Assembly (NCBI GenBank): GCA_020631975.1
Contig: JACKGO010000001.1
Location: forward strand, 329,049-393,048
Origin: Candidatus Nomurabacteria bacterium
GTDB taxonomy: Bacteria; Patescibacteriota; Saccharimonadia; Saccharimonadales; CAIOMD01
DNA: 64,000 nucleotides
Reading direction: 5' to 3'
The notes under the pieces were generated by a model, which ran no database searches, was not told the origin of the DNA, and saw only the letters and a program-made list of their open reading frames with translations. The translations under genes and the position numbers were made by a program. Each line of letters starts with the position of its first letter. Positions within the stretch are counted from its first letter, which is position 1. Shown one piece after another: positions 1 through 8,659 of this stretch.

Positions 1-1
1 T

Positions 2-1504
2 GGTGGGCGGGATTTTGAATACCCCGGATTTGGCCAAATAAATTACGCAACAACTCCGCGTAGCCCAGGCTCTACCTTCAAACCTTACGATTATGCCGCC
101 TTGATGACGAAGTCGCAAAACTGGGGCCCAGGTAGTATTTTGTATGACTTAAAAACTAATTTTGGTGGTGGTTATAGCCCAGACGACTATGATAAAAAAC
201 AGCCAGGTGCACTATCAATGCGTCAATCATTAGGTGGTTCTAGAAATATTCCTGCTATTAAAGCCATGTACATGGCAGGCATACCATACGTACACGATAC
301 AGCAAAAAAGATGGGGCTCACCAGCGGCGTAACGGGTTGTTACACGCCGGGCGTAGAAGACTGCCAAGAGATTTTATCTACTGCGATTGGTGATGGTGGT
401 CAAGTACGCTTAGATGAACATGTTAATGCCTTTGCTACGTTTTCACGTATGGGAAACTATAAACCGATTACATATTACACAAAGGTAGAGGACAACAAAG
501 GTAAAGTTATTTATGAATGGACCGATCCAGCCGGTGAACGTGCCCTAGACGAGCAAGTAGCATATTCTATCAACAACATACTTAGCGATGGCGCAGCACG
601 ATACGTAGGGTTAGATAACAGAGTAAGAATAAATGGTGTCACAACAGCGGTAAAGACTGGAACCACAAATAACTCTGATAACGGGTGGCTCATGGGCTTT
701 AATACGAAAATTGCAGCTGGAGTATGGGTTGGTCATCACGAAAATAAAACACTAAGCGGATTTATGGAACATAAAACCGCACCTATCTGGCGTGAGTTTT
801 TTGCAAAAGCCAACAAAGACCTAGCAGGAGCTGGCGATAAATGGACGCAGCCTGCTGGCATGAAACGAGTATGTCTTAGCCCAACGACAGGCTATGCTGC
901 AAAAAGCGGTGGTAAGTGCGATATCTTTCCAAGCTGGTATAAACCACAATACCCTGACTCAACAAAGTCAGCCACGATTGATTCTATTTCTAATAAACTC
1001 GCAACCGAGTGTACACCAGAACGTGCCAAACAAGCTATCACAAGTGGTGGTATACGCGCCGAGCTGCCCACGAGTGACCCAAACTACAATAATTGGATGA
1101 ACCCAATTAAAGCACGCTACGGAGGCGCTGGTGGTGGACTTATACCAACAGATAAAGATGATATTCATACCTGCGACCCTGCTGACAAACCAACGGTTAG
1201 CTTAAGCGAAGTACAAAAAAAGCCAGACGGTAGTTACAGCGTGACCGCCACGATTAAAAAAGGTAAATACCCGTTAACGAGCGTGAGCTTTTCTATTAAC
1301 GGTACTGTGCTTGAGGGCGGGTCTTATGACATTTCAGACAGCGTGTCTATTCCTTTTGTCTTTAGACCAAGTGGGTCTGGCACACAAACAATCACAGCTA
1401 ATGTTGTAGACTCTGTATTATATGATGCTAGTGATGCGACAAGCTTTACGGTGAGTGCTGCACCGAGTGCGAGTGATGATACTCCGTCACCAGTGCTGCC
1501 TTAG
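2..1504 (+). CDS. Class A penicillin-binding protein, C-terminal part (transpeptidase domain plus Ig-like tail); 5' end lies upstream of the window
   Basis: Frame 2 is open from the window edge. It contains SPGSTFKP (SxxK active-site motif, nt 62-85) and KTGTTNN (KTG motif). Same frame as ORF-track 101..1504. Confidence 0.85.
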   Translation, partial: GGRDFEYPGFGQINYATTPRSPGSTFKPYDYAALMTKSQNWGPGSILYDLKTNFGGGYSPDDYDKKQPGALSMRQSLGGSRNIPAIKAMYMAGIPYVHDTAKKMGLTSGVTGCYTPGVEDCQEILSTAIGDGGQVRLDEHVNAFATFSRMGNYKPITYYTKVEDNKGKVIYEWTDPAGERALDEQVAYSINNILSDGAARYVGLDNRVRINGVTTAVKTGTTNNSDNGWLMGFNTKIAAGVWVGHHENKTLSGFMEHKTAPIWREFFAKANKDLAGAGDKWTQPAGMKRVCLSPTTGYAAKSGGKCDIFPSWYKPQYPDSTKSATIDSISNKLATECTPERAKQAITSGGIRAELPTSDPNYNNWMNPIKARYGGAGGGLIPTDKDDIHTCDPADKPTVSLSEVQKKPDGSYSVTATIKKGKYPLTSVSFSINGTVLEGGSYDISDSVSIPFVFRPSGSGTQTITANVVDSVLYDASDATSFTVSAAPSASDDTPSPVLP

Positions 1505-1573
1505 CACTATTAGCGTACAACTAGTGCTTGTGTAATCAATCTGAAATACACGTCATAAATGTTTTAAAAGTAG

Positions 1574-2386
1574 CTACCGTGTAGTTGTATGGCTATTGAT
1601 TATATGTGAGCGCTTCTTAGTATTATTTGTGCGCTTTTGCTGAAACGGACGTTGTTTTATATCTTTAGATGCTACTGTTTGATTCTTAGCCTTAATGGTT
1701 GGTTGAGAAACCTTTTTCGCAAATAGCATTTTTCCTGCTACGGTTTGATGCGATTTATTTATCGTTACCTGTATTGATTTACCAATGTCTTTAATTGCCC
1801 CATCAACAACGACCATAGTACCGTCGTCTAGGTAGCCGACCCCTTGATCACGGTTGGTACCAGATTGCAAAATTGTCACATGCGCAGTTTCTCCCGGCAA
1901 CGCTACTGGTCGGACAGCGTGGGCGAGCTCATTAACATTAAGCACGGTGACACCTTCTATGGTTGCTACCTGATTGAGATTGTAATCGGTGGTAAATAAC
2001 TCAGCAGATGTCAATTTGGCAAGTGCTACAAGGTTTTCATCAGTTGTTACCTTGCCCGGTTGTGTTTCGTCTATTGTGACGTCTAGCTCAGCGTCATTTT
2101 GTAATTGCTGCACGACATTCAAGCCAAAGCGAGCGCGCTCACGTTTATAGCTATCACGGCCGTCAGCCAATAATTGTAGTTCTTTAACAATAAATTGTGG
2201 AACAATGATTTTTTTAGGCATAAACCCTATTTTGGCGAGCTCAATGACCCTTCCATCTATCAGCGCACAGCTGTCCAAAATAACACTACTTGCACCACCA
2301 GTAGGTTGCGTGATTTTTTTACGTGGTTTTTTATATACTAAAACTACTATTAATAAGAGAAGTCCAATAATTATTATATCTGTCAT
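1574..2386 (-). CDS. PIN/TRAM domain-containing protein (YacL-like), N-terminal TM helix
   Basis: ILDSCALIDGR...ELQLLADGRD is PIN-like and the C-terminal region is TRAM-like. It is adjacent to radA, as yacL is in Firmicutes. Confidence 0.7.
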   Translation of the reverse strand: MTDIIIIGLLLLIVVLVYKKPRKKITQPTGGASSVILDSCALIDGRVIELAKIGFMPKKIIVPQFIVKELQLLADGRDSYKRERARFGLNVVQQLQNDAELDVTIDETQPGKVTTDENLVALAKLTSAELFTTDYNLNQVATIEGVTVLNVNELAHAVRPVALPGETAHVTILQSGTNRDQGVGYLDDGTMVVVDGAIKDIGKSIQVTINKSHQTVAGKMLFAKKVSQPTIKAKNQTVASKDIKQRPFQQKRTNNTKKRSHIINSHTTTR

Positions 2387-2388
2387 GG

Positions 2389-3756
2389 TTAGCCTTTCAT
2401 CAGCGTGTCGTTAAGGATTGTTTTTATGTTTTTTGCTTCTTTATATTGTAGACCAGAATTTGTTTGCGACTTTTGTAATCGTGGACCAATAACACTTGTG
2501 AAACCCATTTTTTGGGCCTCTTGAATGCGTTTTTCTAGCCATGGTACATGTCGCACCTCTCCACTTAAACCTACTTCGCCAAACACCACAGCATCTGTAC
2601 TTAGTTGCATGCCTTTCGCTGCTGAAGCAATCGCCATGCATATAGCCAAATCGGCAGCGTTTTCAGTTATTTTTATGCCTCCAACTATATTGATATAAAT
2701 GTCTTTGTCAGAAAGCTTCAGCTTGGTTCGGCGCTCAAGCATTGCAACAAGCAAATTAAGTCGGTTTAGATCAAACCCAGATGCTGCACGCTTAGGATAG
2801 CCGTAGCTTGTTGTATTAACGAGTGCTTGTACTTCTACTAGTATTGGCCTTGTGCCTTCTAGGGTTGCGAGCACGATAGAACCGTCACTGATTTGTCGCT
2901 CTGAAAGTAATGCTGCTGATGGATTTGTAACGACATGCAGACCCTTATCGGACATCTCTAGAATGACTGCTTCGTTTGTAGAGCCGAACCTATTTTTTAT
3001 GCCTCTTAAGACGCGAAATCCTGCATATCGGTCACCCTCTAGCTGCAATACGACATCCACTAAGTGTTCAAGAACTTTTGGGCCTGCGATAGAACCTTCT
3101 TTTGTAACGTGCCCCACCAAGATAACCGCAGTATTGGACTGTTTAGCTGCCAGCGTAATCAGTTGAGCACTGTTCGTAACTTGGCTGACTGAGCCGGGCA
3201 CACCAGTGATTTCATCTGTTGCTAATGTTTGCACTGAATCGACAATAACCACATTGTATTCACCAGAAACAATCGTAGTAGCAATGTCGTTTGCGCTGTT
3301 ACTGGTTGCTATAACTACGTTTTTATCTATTGCACTGCTAATACGCTTGCCTCTCATGGCGACTTGTTCTGCTGACTCTTCACCACTTACGTATAGAAGC
3401 GAGCTAGTCTGTGCAATTGCATACGCAAGTTGTAGTAGTAACGTGCTCTTTCCTATACCAGGTTGTCCAGCTAGCAGTGTCACGCTACCATGTACTAAAC
3501 CACCACCTAACACCTTGTCTACATCAGCCACACCAACAGGTATTCTGTCTGAATGGCTGACTGCGGTCTGCTCATTGATAGTTGTTGCTTTAAGCACGCT
3601 TCCGCTATGGACTGCTTGTTGGCCTTTTGTGCTGCCACGAACGTCTAGCACTTGCTGGATAGTGTTCCAGGCGCCACACGTAGCACACTTACCACTCCAG
3701 GATCCGTATGCTTCTCCACAATCACTGCAAACATATTTTGTCTTAGCCTTTGGCAT
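2389..3756 (-). CDS. radA: DNA repair protein RadA/Sms
   Basis: N-terminal zinc ribbon CSDCGE...CATCGAWNT, Walker A GQPGIGKST, Lon-like C-terminal domain, 455 aa. Confidence 0.95.
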   Translation of the reverse strand: MPKAKTKYVCSDCGEAYGSWSGKCATCGAWNTIQQVLDVRGSTKGQQAVHSGSVLKATTINEQTAVSHSDRIPVGVADVDKVLGGGLVHGSVTLLAGQPGIGKSTLLLQLAYAIAQTSSLLYVSGEESAEQVAMRGKRISSAIDKNVVIATSNSANDIATTIVSGEYNVVIVDSVQTLATDEITGVPGSVSQVTNSAQLITLAAKQSNTAVILVGHVTKEGSIAGPKVLEHLVDVVLQLEGDRYAGFRVLRGIKNRFGSTNEAVILEMSDKGLHVVTNPSAALLSERQISDGSIVLATLEGTRPILVEVQALVNTTSYGYPKRAASGFDLNRLNLLVAMLERRTKLKLSDKDIYINIVGGIKITENAADLAICMAIASAAKGMQLSTDAVVFGEVGLSGEVRHVPWLEKRIQEAQKMGFTSVIGPRLQKSQTNSGLQYKEAKNIKTILNDTLMKG

Positions 3757-3775
3757 AACGATTAGTGTACCATTT

Positions 3776-4756
3776 TCATTCGTAGTATTGATATTTACTA
3801 TCGATACTATTTACCAGGTCTTGTTGCCTGTCTACTGTGCTATTGTACTCTTGAACCAGTTTATTATACTCTGCGATTAACTGTTTAAGACTGCTTATTT
3901 TTTGATTATATGCCTCAACTTGTTGATTGTAGCTAGGCACCAATGCGTTATATTCTGCGAATTTTTTTTGGGAACGGTATGCTTCTAGTTGGCGTTTTGT
4001 TTCTAGTAGCGCTGCTTCATCTTCACCTATTTGAGCTTCTTGCTGCGAGATTTCTGATTTACGTAAGGCTAAATCACCATTGATGCGCTGTGTGTCACTT
4101 TTTGCTGTATCAAACACAGCTTCGTAACTTTCTGAAAGTGCTACAACTTTCTGTCTATCAGAAAAATACGTACGATAATACTGCTCTAATTGTGGGTCTA
4201 GTGAGGCAACTTCTGTGCCTAAAATAGAATGCATCTCGTTTGGTACGACGGACGGGTCTTTATCTTGGTATCCTTTTATGAGCTGCAGTATTCTTGGATT
4301 GTTGATTTTCGTAACCATAGTCGCCGTCATTTCATCTACTTGTTGGCGCTGCTTGGGGCTTAGTCTGTCGTATGCAGCATGGAGCATTTCGTGCGAAGCA
4401 GTTACCTCTTTAATGCCTGCGAGCTCCGGTTTTTGCACATTATAAATGTATATATCGGTGTCTTTATTAAAATCAAATCCTGTATAGCACCCTAGTACAA
4501 TTGTTGCTTCGCTTGATGTACAAACGCTATTAAACTCAGCCTGCTCAGTTATTTTAGGCACATGTGAGTAAAATATCTCTGCGCCCGTTTCGTTCATGCC
4601 GCTATCTTTTGCTAATTGTACGATTTCTGGGCTAGGTGTGTAAGAACGGAGTACATACGCATCAAATATTGTAAACCGGTTAAACCACACAAACACAATA
4701 GACACTACCATAGCGATAAAAACTGTTGTCCATAGCCATTTAACTGTCCGTGTCAT
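3776..4756 (-). CDS. Hypothetical membrane-anchored protein with HEMLH (HExxH) motif and long C-terminal coiled coil
   Basis: 326-aa ORF with an N-terminal TM helix, the motif TASHEMLHAAY, and a Q/E/K-rich heptad-like C-terminus. I recognise no family. Confidence 0.6.
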   Translation of the reverse strand: MTRTVKWLWTTVFIAMVVSIVFVWFNRFTIFDAYVLRSYTPSPEIVQLAKDSGMNETGAEIFYSHVPKITEQAEFNSVCTSSEATIVLGCYTGFDFNKDTDIYIYNVQKPELAGIKEVTASHEMLHAAYDRLSPKQRQQVDEMTATMVTKINNPRILQLIKGYQDKDPSVVPNEMHSILGTEVASLDPQLEQYYRTYFSDRQKVVALSESYEAVFDTAKSDTQRINGDLALRKSEISQQEAQIGEDEAALLETKRQLEAYRSQKKFAEYNALVPSYNQQVEAYNQKISSLKQLIAEYNKLVQEYNSTVDRQQDLVNSIDSKYQYYE

Positions 4757-4777
4757 CGTATATATAAGTATACCGAA

Positions 4778-7249
4778 TTATTCGTGGATTACACTAAACG
4801 TAAGTAGTTTTTTATCTGTAGTAACAGTTATTACGTCACCTGCCGTAAAAGTTCCGTCTAATATATTATCCGCCACTGGATCTTCGATTTCATCTTGAAT
4901 GGCTCTGCGCATAGGGCGTACTCCGTTGTGTACATCGTAGCCTTTTTTTAGTAGCCAGTTTTTGGCAGCTGCGCTTAAGTGTATGCCAATTTTTTGGCGC
5001 TGCAAACGTTGGGCTAATTCATTAATTTGAACATCAATAATTTTACGCACAGCTTGTTTGTTGAGCGCTTTAAAGACGATTATTTTATCTATACGATTAA
5101 TAAGCTCTGGACGCATATGCTTTTTCAGTTCTTCTTTTACTTTTTCGCTATTTTCGGCATGGAGTTCATCGACAGATTTATCATTTGCCTTGCTGGCAAA
5201 GCCAAGGTTAACCTCTTTTTGCAACAACTTAGCACCAATATTACTCGTAAGCATGATAATCGTATTCCTAAAGCTCACCTTACGACCTTTTGCATCTGTG
5301 AGTTCGCCGTCTTCAAAAATCTGCAGAAGCATATTAAATACTTCAGGGTGCGCTTTTTCTATCTCATCAAATAACACAAGGCTATACGGTTGGCGACGAA
5401 TTTTATCAGTTAACTGACCACCTTCTTCGTACCCTACATAACCAGCTGGGGCGCCAACTAAACGTGCCACTGTGTGGCGCTCACCAAATTCACTCATATC
5501 AATTTTAATCAGTGCATCTTCTTTCCCAAAAAACTCTCGTGCCAGGACACGCGCAAGCTCAGTTTTCCCTACACCTGTTGGACCCATGCACATAAATGTA
5601 CCGATTGGTCTTTTTTCACTCCCTACACCAGAACGATTTCTTCGTATAGCCCGTGCAATAGCATTAATTGCCTCTTCTTGCCCAATTACATAGCGGCCGA
5701 GGTGTGATTCTAATTTTAGAAGATTTTTCGCCTCTTGACGCATGAGTTTTGTAAGCGGAATCGACGTTGCTTGATGTACTACCCTCGCAATGTCATCACC
5801 GCTAAGTTCTAGTCGCTTATGCTTGCCCAGCTTGCTTTTTAGTTCATCAAGACGTGCCTGTGCCGCACTAATACGTTGTTTATATTTTGCGGCTTTTTCG
5901 TAATCTTCTTGCTCTACTGCATCATCACGACGAACAGTAAATAAGCGTATTTCTTTTATAAGTTGACGATATTCTTTAGGTGTTTTGCCTTTATCTACGC
6001 GCAATAATGCGGCTGCTTCATCAAGCAAATCAATTGCCTTATCCGGCATATAGCGATCACTTATGTATCTATCGGCAAAATATACCGCGTCTTCTATCGT
6101 TGCATCAGAAATACGAACACCATGGTAATCTTCGTAGTGTTTTTTAAGCCCTTTTAAGATTGCGAGCGTTTCTGTGGTAGTGGTCGGTGGTATAACGACA
6201 GGTTGAAAACGTCGTTCGAGCGCAGCATCTTTTTCTATATGTTTATGATACTCGCTCGTCGTCGTGGCGCCGATGACTTGTATTTTGGCACGCGCAAGCG
6301 CAGGTTTAAGTATATTCCCTGCATCAATAGCTCCTTCTGCCGCCCCAGCGCCAACGAGAAGGTGCATCTCATCAATAAATATAATAATTTTTCTATCTGC
6401 CATTAGCTCGTCCATAACCTTTTTTAGGCGCTCTTCAAACTCACCACGGTATTTGGTACCGGCAATCATGGCAGCTAAGTCTAATACAACAATGCGTTTT
6501 TCTAGTAAGCTGTCAGGTACCTCTTCTGCAACAATTCTTTGAGCAAGGCCTTCTACGACGGCTGTTTTACCAACCCCAGGTTCTCCAATCAAAACAGGGT
6601 TATTTTTACTCCTGCGGTTTAATATCGTGATGGTACGTTTTATAGCGTCTTCTCTACCAACAACCGGATCTAGCTTATCTTCAGCTGCGAGAGCCGTCAG
6701 GTCACTCCCAAATACATCGAGAACACTTTTACCACCTTTGCGACGTGACTTAGTTGCCGTGCGTTTGCGAGATTGGTCTGAATCAAACTGCTGCTTCTGC
6801 AAAAAGTCATCAAAAGAATTCAACAATTTATCAGTATTGATATTCATATCTCTAAGCAGTACTGTCGCACGTGAATTTTTTTGTTGCAAAATACTAAACA
6901 CAATGTGCTCGGTCCCACACATGTCTTGGCCGTAATCTTGTGCGTAATCCCAGCTCACCTTGAGTGCTAATTTAGCGGTTTCGCTGAGACCTTTCGCACC
7001 AAGATTAATGACGAGATTTTTAGGAGTTAGGTTAAGGGCTAGCTGGGCTCTCTCATAGGAAACGCCTGCTGTGGTGAGTATTTTAGAAGCTACTGAATTG
7101 TCTTGAGCCAATACTCCCAGAAGTATGTGTTCAGTGCCGACATATGCCGAACCTTGCGTACGTGCAACATGATCAGCATGTTTTAGGCTCATAAGGGCAT
7201 TATCAGTCAGGTGGTTCAGAAATTCTTGCATATCTTGTGACTCATTCAT
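4778..7249 (-). CDS. clpC: ATP-dependent Clp protease ATP-binding subunit ClpC
   Basis: 823 aa with two Clp_N repeats, two AAA+ modules (GEPGVGKT, GPTGVGKT), a short UVR-like linker (EQEDYEKAAKYKQR) and an LGF loop. Confidence 0.92.
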   Translation of the reverse strand: MNESQDMQEFLNHLTDNALMSLKHADHVARTQGSAYVGTEHILLGVLAQDNSVASKILTTAGVSYERAQLALNLTPKNLVINLGAKGLSETAKLALKVSWDYAQDYGQDMCGTEHIVFSILQQKNSRATVLLRDMNINTDKLLNSFDDFLQKQQFDSDQSRKRTATKSRRKGGKSVLDVFGSDLTALAAEDKLDPVVGREDAIKRTITILNRRSKNNPVLIGEPGVGKTAVVEGLAQRIVAEEVPDSLLEKRIVVLDLAAMIAGTKYRGEFEERLKKVMDELMADRKIIIFIDEMHLLVGAGAAEGAIDAGNILKPALARAKIQVIGATTTSEYHKHIEKDAALERRFQPVVIPPTTTTETLAILKGLKKHYEDYHGVRISDATIEDAVYFADRYISDRYMPDKAIDLLDEAAALLRVDKGKTPKEYRQLIKEIRLFTVRRDDAVEQEDYEKAAKYKQRISAAQARLDELKSKLGKHKRLELSGDDIARVVHQATSIPLTKLMRQEAKNLLKLESHLGRYVIGQEEAINAIARAIRRNRSGVGSEKRPIGTFMCMGPTGVGKTELARVLAREFFGKEDALIKIDMSEFGERHTVARLVGAPAGYVGYEEGGQLTDKIRRQPYSLVLFDEIEKAHPEVFNMLLQIFEDGELTDAKGRKVSFRNTIIMLTSNIGAKLLQKEVNLGFASKANDKSVDELHAENSEKVKEELKKHMRPELINRIDKIIVFKALNKQAVRKIIDVQINELAQRLQRQKIGIHLSAAAKNWLLKKGYDVHNGVRPMRRAIQDEIEDPVADNILDGTFTAGDVITVTTDKKLLTFSVIHE

Positions 7250-7304
7250 GACAATACCCTTATTCTTTCTCTAGATATTAATAGTGTAGCAATCATACCA
7301 TTTA

Positions 7305-7333
7305 ATTATATGAAATTAGCACTCATTAATCAA
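7305..7333 (-). promoter_or_regulatory. Sigma-70-type promoter of clpC (-35 TTGATT, 17-nt spacer, -10 TATAAT)
   Basis: On the minus strand the -10 TATAAT is at 7310..7305 and the -35 TTGATT is at 7333..7328. The -10 lies about 55 nt upstream of the clpC ATG (7249). Confidence 0.65.
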
Positions 7334-7342
7334 GAGTGCTAA
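7316..7342. promoter_or_regulatory. CIRCE operator (HrcA binding site), perfect consensus TTAGCACTC-N9-GAGTGCTAA
   Basis: TTAGCACTC is at 7316-7324, the spacer attaatcaa at 7325-7333 and GAGTGCTAA at 7334-7342. The site overlaps the -35 and spacer of the clpC promoter. Confidence 0.9.
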
Positions 7343-7376
7343 TTACAATCTCGTATACGTCTAATACAGACCTCTT

Positions 7377-8540
7377 TTATTCGCCGTGTTCTTCGATTGC
7401 CTCAAGGAGACTAGACTCTAAATCACTTTTTTTCTTGAGTTTAGGAGCGTTAGAGGCTCCGACGACAGTGTCTTTCTTTTCTGGTACTTCAGCAGCTGCT
7501 GGCTTATCTCCTACAACATCAATATCATACCCAGTGAGCCTACTGGCAAGTCGTACGTTTTGGCCACTTCTGCCAATCGCTATCGATAGTTGGTCTTCTT
7601 CTACAGTTACTTTGGCCTTTTTCGCATTTTCGTTAAGTTCAACGCTTACGACTTTGGTTGGGCTAAGAGCATTAATAATGTACTCCTTGGTATCGCTTGC
7701 AAAAACTACGATATCAATTTTTTCTTGTTCACCAATTTCACTCATAACTGCTTGTACACGCGTCCCATGACCACCAACAAAAGTTCCCACTGGGTCAACA
7801 CCTGGCAAATTACTGGCAACGGCTATTTTAGTTCGTACACCTGCTTCGCGAGCTATGCCTTTAATTTCTACAGCGCCACCTTCCATTTCAGGTACTTCGT
7901 TCCGAAACAAATGTTCAATAAATTCAGGACAACCACGGCTTACTACCAGTTGGGCACCTTTAAAACCACGCTCAACGTCTTTTAGATACACCTTCAGACG
8001 TTGGCCCGGATGGTAACGCTCTCCTTGTATTTGTTCGCTCGGTGGTAAGATTCCCTGAGCACGATTAATCTCAATTCGAACCATCCGACCCTCAATGCGA
8101 GTTACGATAGCATTTAGAACGGTGTGGATTTTGTCTTCGAATTCAGCCAATACAACTTCTCGCTCGGCTTCACGTAATCGTTGTAGTATGACTTGTTTTG
8201 CCGTTTGGGCAGCCACCCGTCCAAAGTTTTCTACCTTTTCTTCTATCTCTACCGTTTCATCAAGAGCGACATCTTTACGAATTGCCTGTGCGTCTTTGAG
8301 TGAAATTTCTAAGTGCTCATTCGTTACATTATCTACTACAGTTTTTGTAATAAATACTGTTACGGAACCATCATTGATATTAATCACAGACCGCACTTCT
8401 TGGTCTTTGTCACCAAAATCTCGGCGCCATGCAGCTGCTAATGCTTGTTCTATAGCCTCTTGTACGACATCTTCTGGTAAGTTCTTTTCTTCGGCAATTG
8501 TTCGAACTGCCATCACTAATTGTTTTGTCTCGATATCCAT
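7377..8540 (-). CDS. nusA: Transcription termination/antitermination factor NusA
   Basis: S1 and KH domains are recognisable. I prefer the ATG at 8540 (SD AAGGGAG about 11 nt upstream) over the ORF-track TTG at 8579, which lies inside a hairpin. Confidence 0.9.
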   Translation of the reverse strand: MDIETKQLVMAVRTIAEEKNLPEDVVQEAIEQALAAAWRRDFGDKDQEVRSVININDGSVTVFITKTVVDNVTNEHLEISLKDAQAIRKDVALDETVEIEEKVENFGRVAAQTAKQVILQRLREAEREVVLAEFEDKIHTVLNAIVTRIEGRMVRIEINRAQGILPPSEQIQGERYHPGQRLKVYLKDVERGFKGAQLVVSRGCPEFIEHLFRNEVPEMEGGAVEIKGIAREAGVRTKIAVASNLPGVDPVGTFVGGHGTRVQAVMSEIGEQEKIDIVVFASDTKEYIINALSPTKVVSVELNENAKKAKVTVEEDQLSIAIGRSGQNVRLASRLTGYDIDVVGDKPAAAEVPEKKDTVVGASNAPKLKKKSDLESSLLEAIEEHGE

Positions 8541-8564
8541 TTTATTTCTACTCCCTTCTTCAGT

Positions 8565-8589
8565 AAAAAATCCGACCAATATGGTCGGA
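8565..8589 (-). terminator. Intrinsic-terminator-like hairpin plus U6 in the nusA 5' leader (candidate attenuator)
   Basis: The minus strand reads TCCGACC-ATATT-GGTCGGA (7-bp stem, 5 GC pairs) followed by TTTTTT. The T-tract ends 24 nt before the nusA ATG. Confidence 0.6.
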
Positions 8590-8603
8590 ACGGTGTACTT
8601 CGT

Positions 8604-8632
8604 ATGATACCATAGAGTGGCAGCTAAAACAA
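8604..8632 (-). promoter_or_regulatory. Candidate nusA promoter (-35 TTGTTT, 17 nt, extended -10 TGgTATCAT)
   Basis: On the minus strand TATCAT is at 8609..8604, with TG at 8612..8611 and TTGTTT at 8632..8627. The predicted transcription start is only about 8 nt upstream of the leader hairpin. Confidence 0.4.
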
Positions 8633-8659
8633 CCTAATTAAAGCAAAAAGGAGAAACCC

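Noticed and set aside
1503-1528. Hairpin AGCACTA-N12-TAGTGCT after the PBP stop as a terminator
   Set aside because: The stem is 7 bp with a 12-nt loop and no T-tract, so it is weak. It may still help terminate the convergent genes, but I cannot support it as a terminator call.
3206-3880. 224-aa plus-strand ORF in the ORF track
   Set aside because: It is entirely antisense to radA. Its composition is low-complexity and Ser/Leu/Thr-rich, typical of a shadow frame, and it has no SD or promoter. The same reasoning applies to other long antisense ORFs: 8095..8607 and 7336..7770 (nusA), 21944..22522 (gatB), 30842..31246 (pfkB), 53026..53451 (pheT), 40836..41216 (fasciclin) and 11861..12301 (rnhB/rplS).
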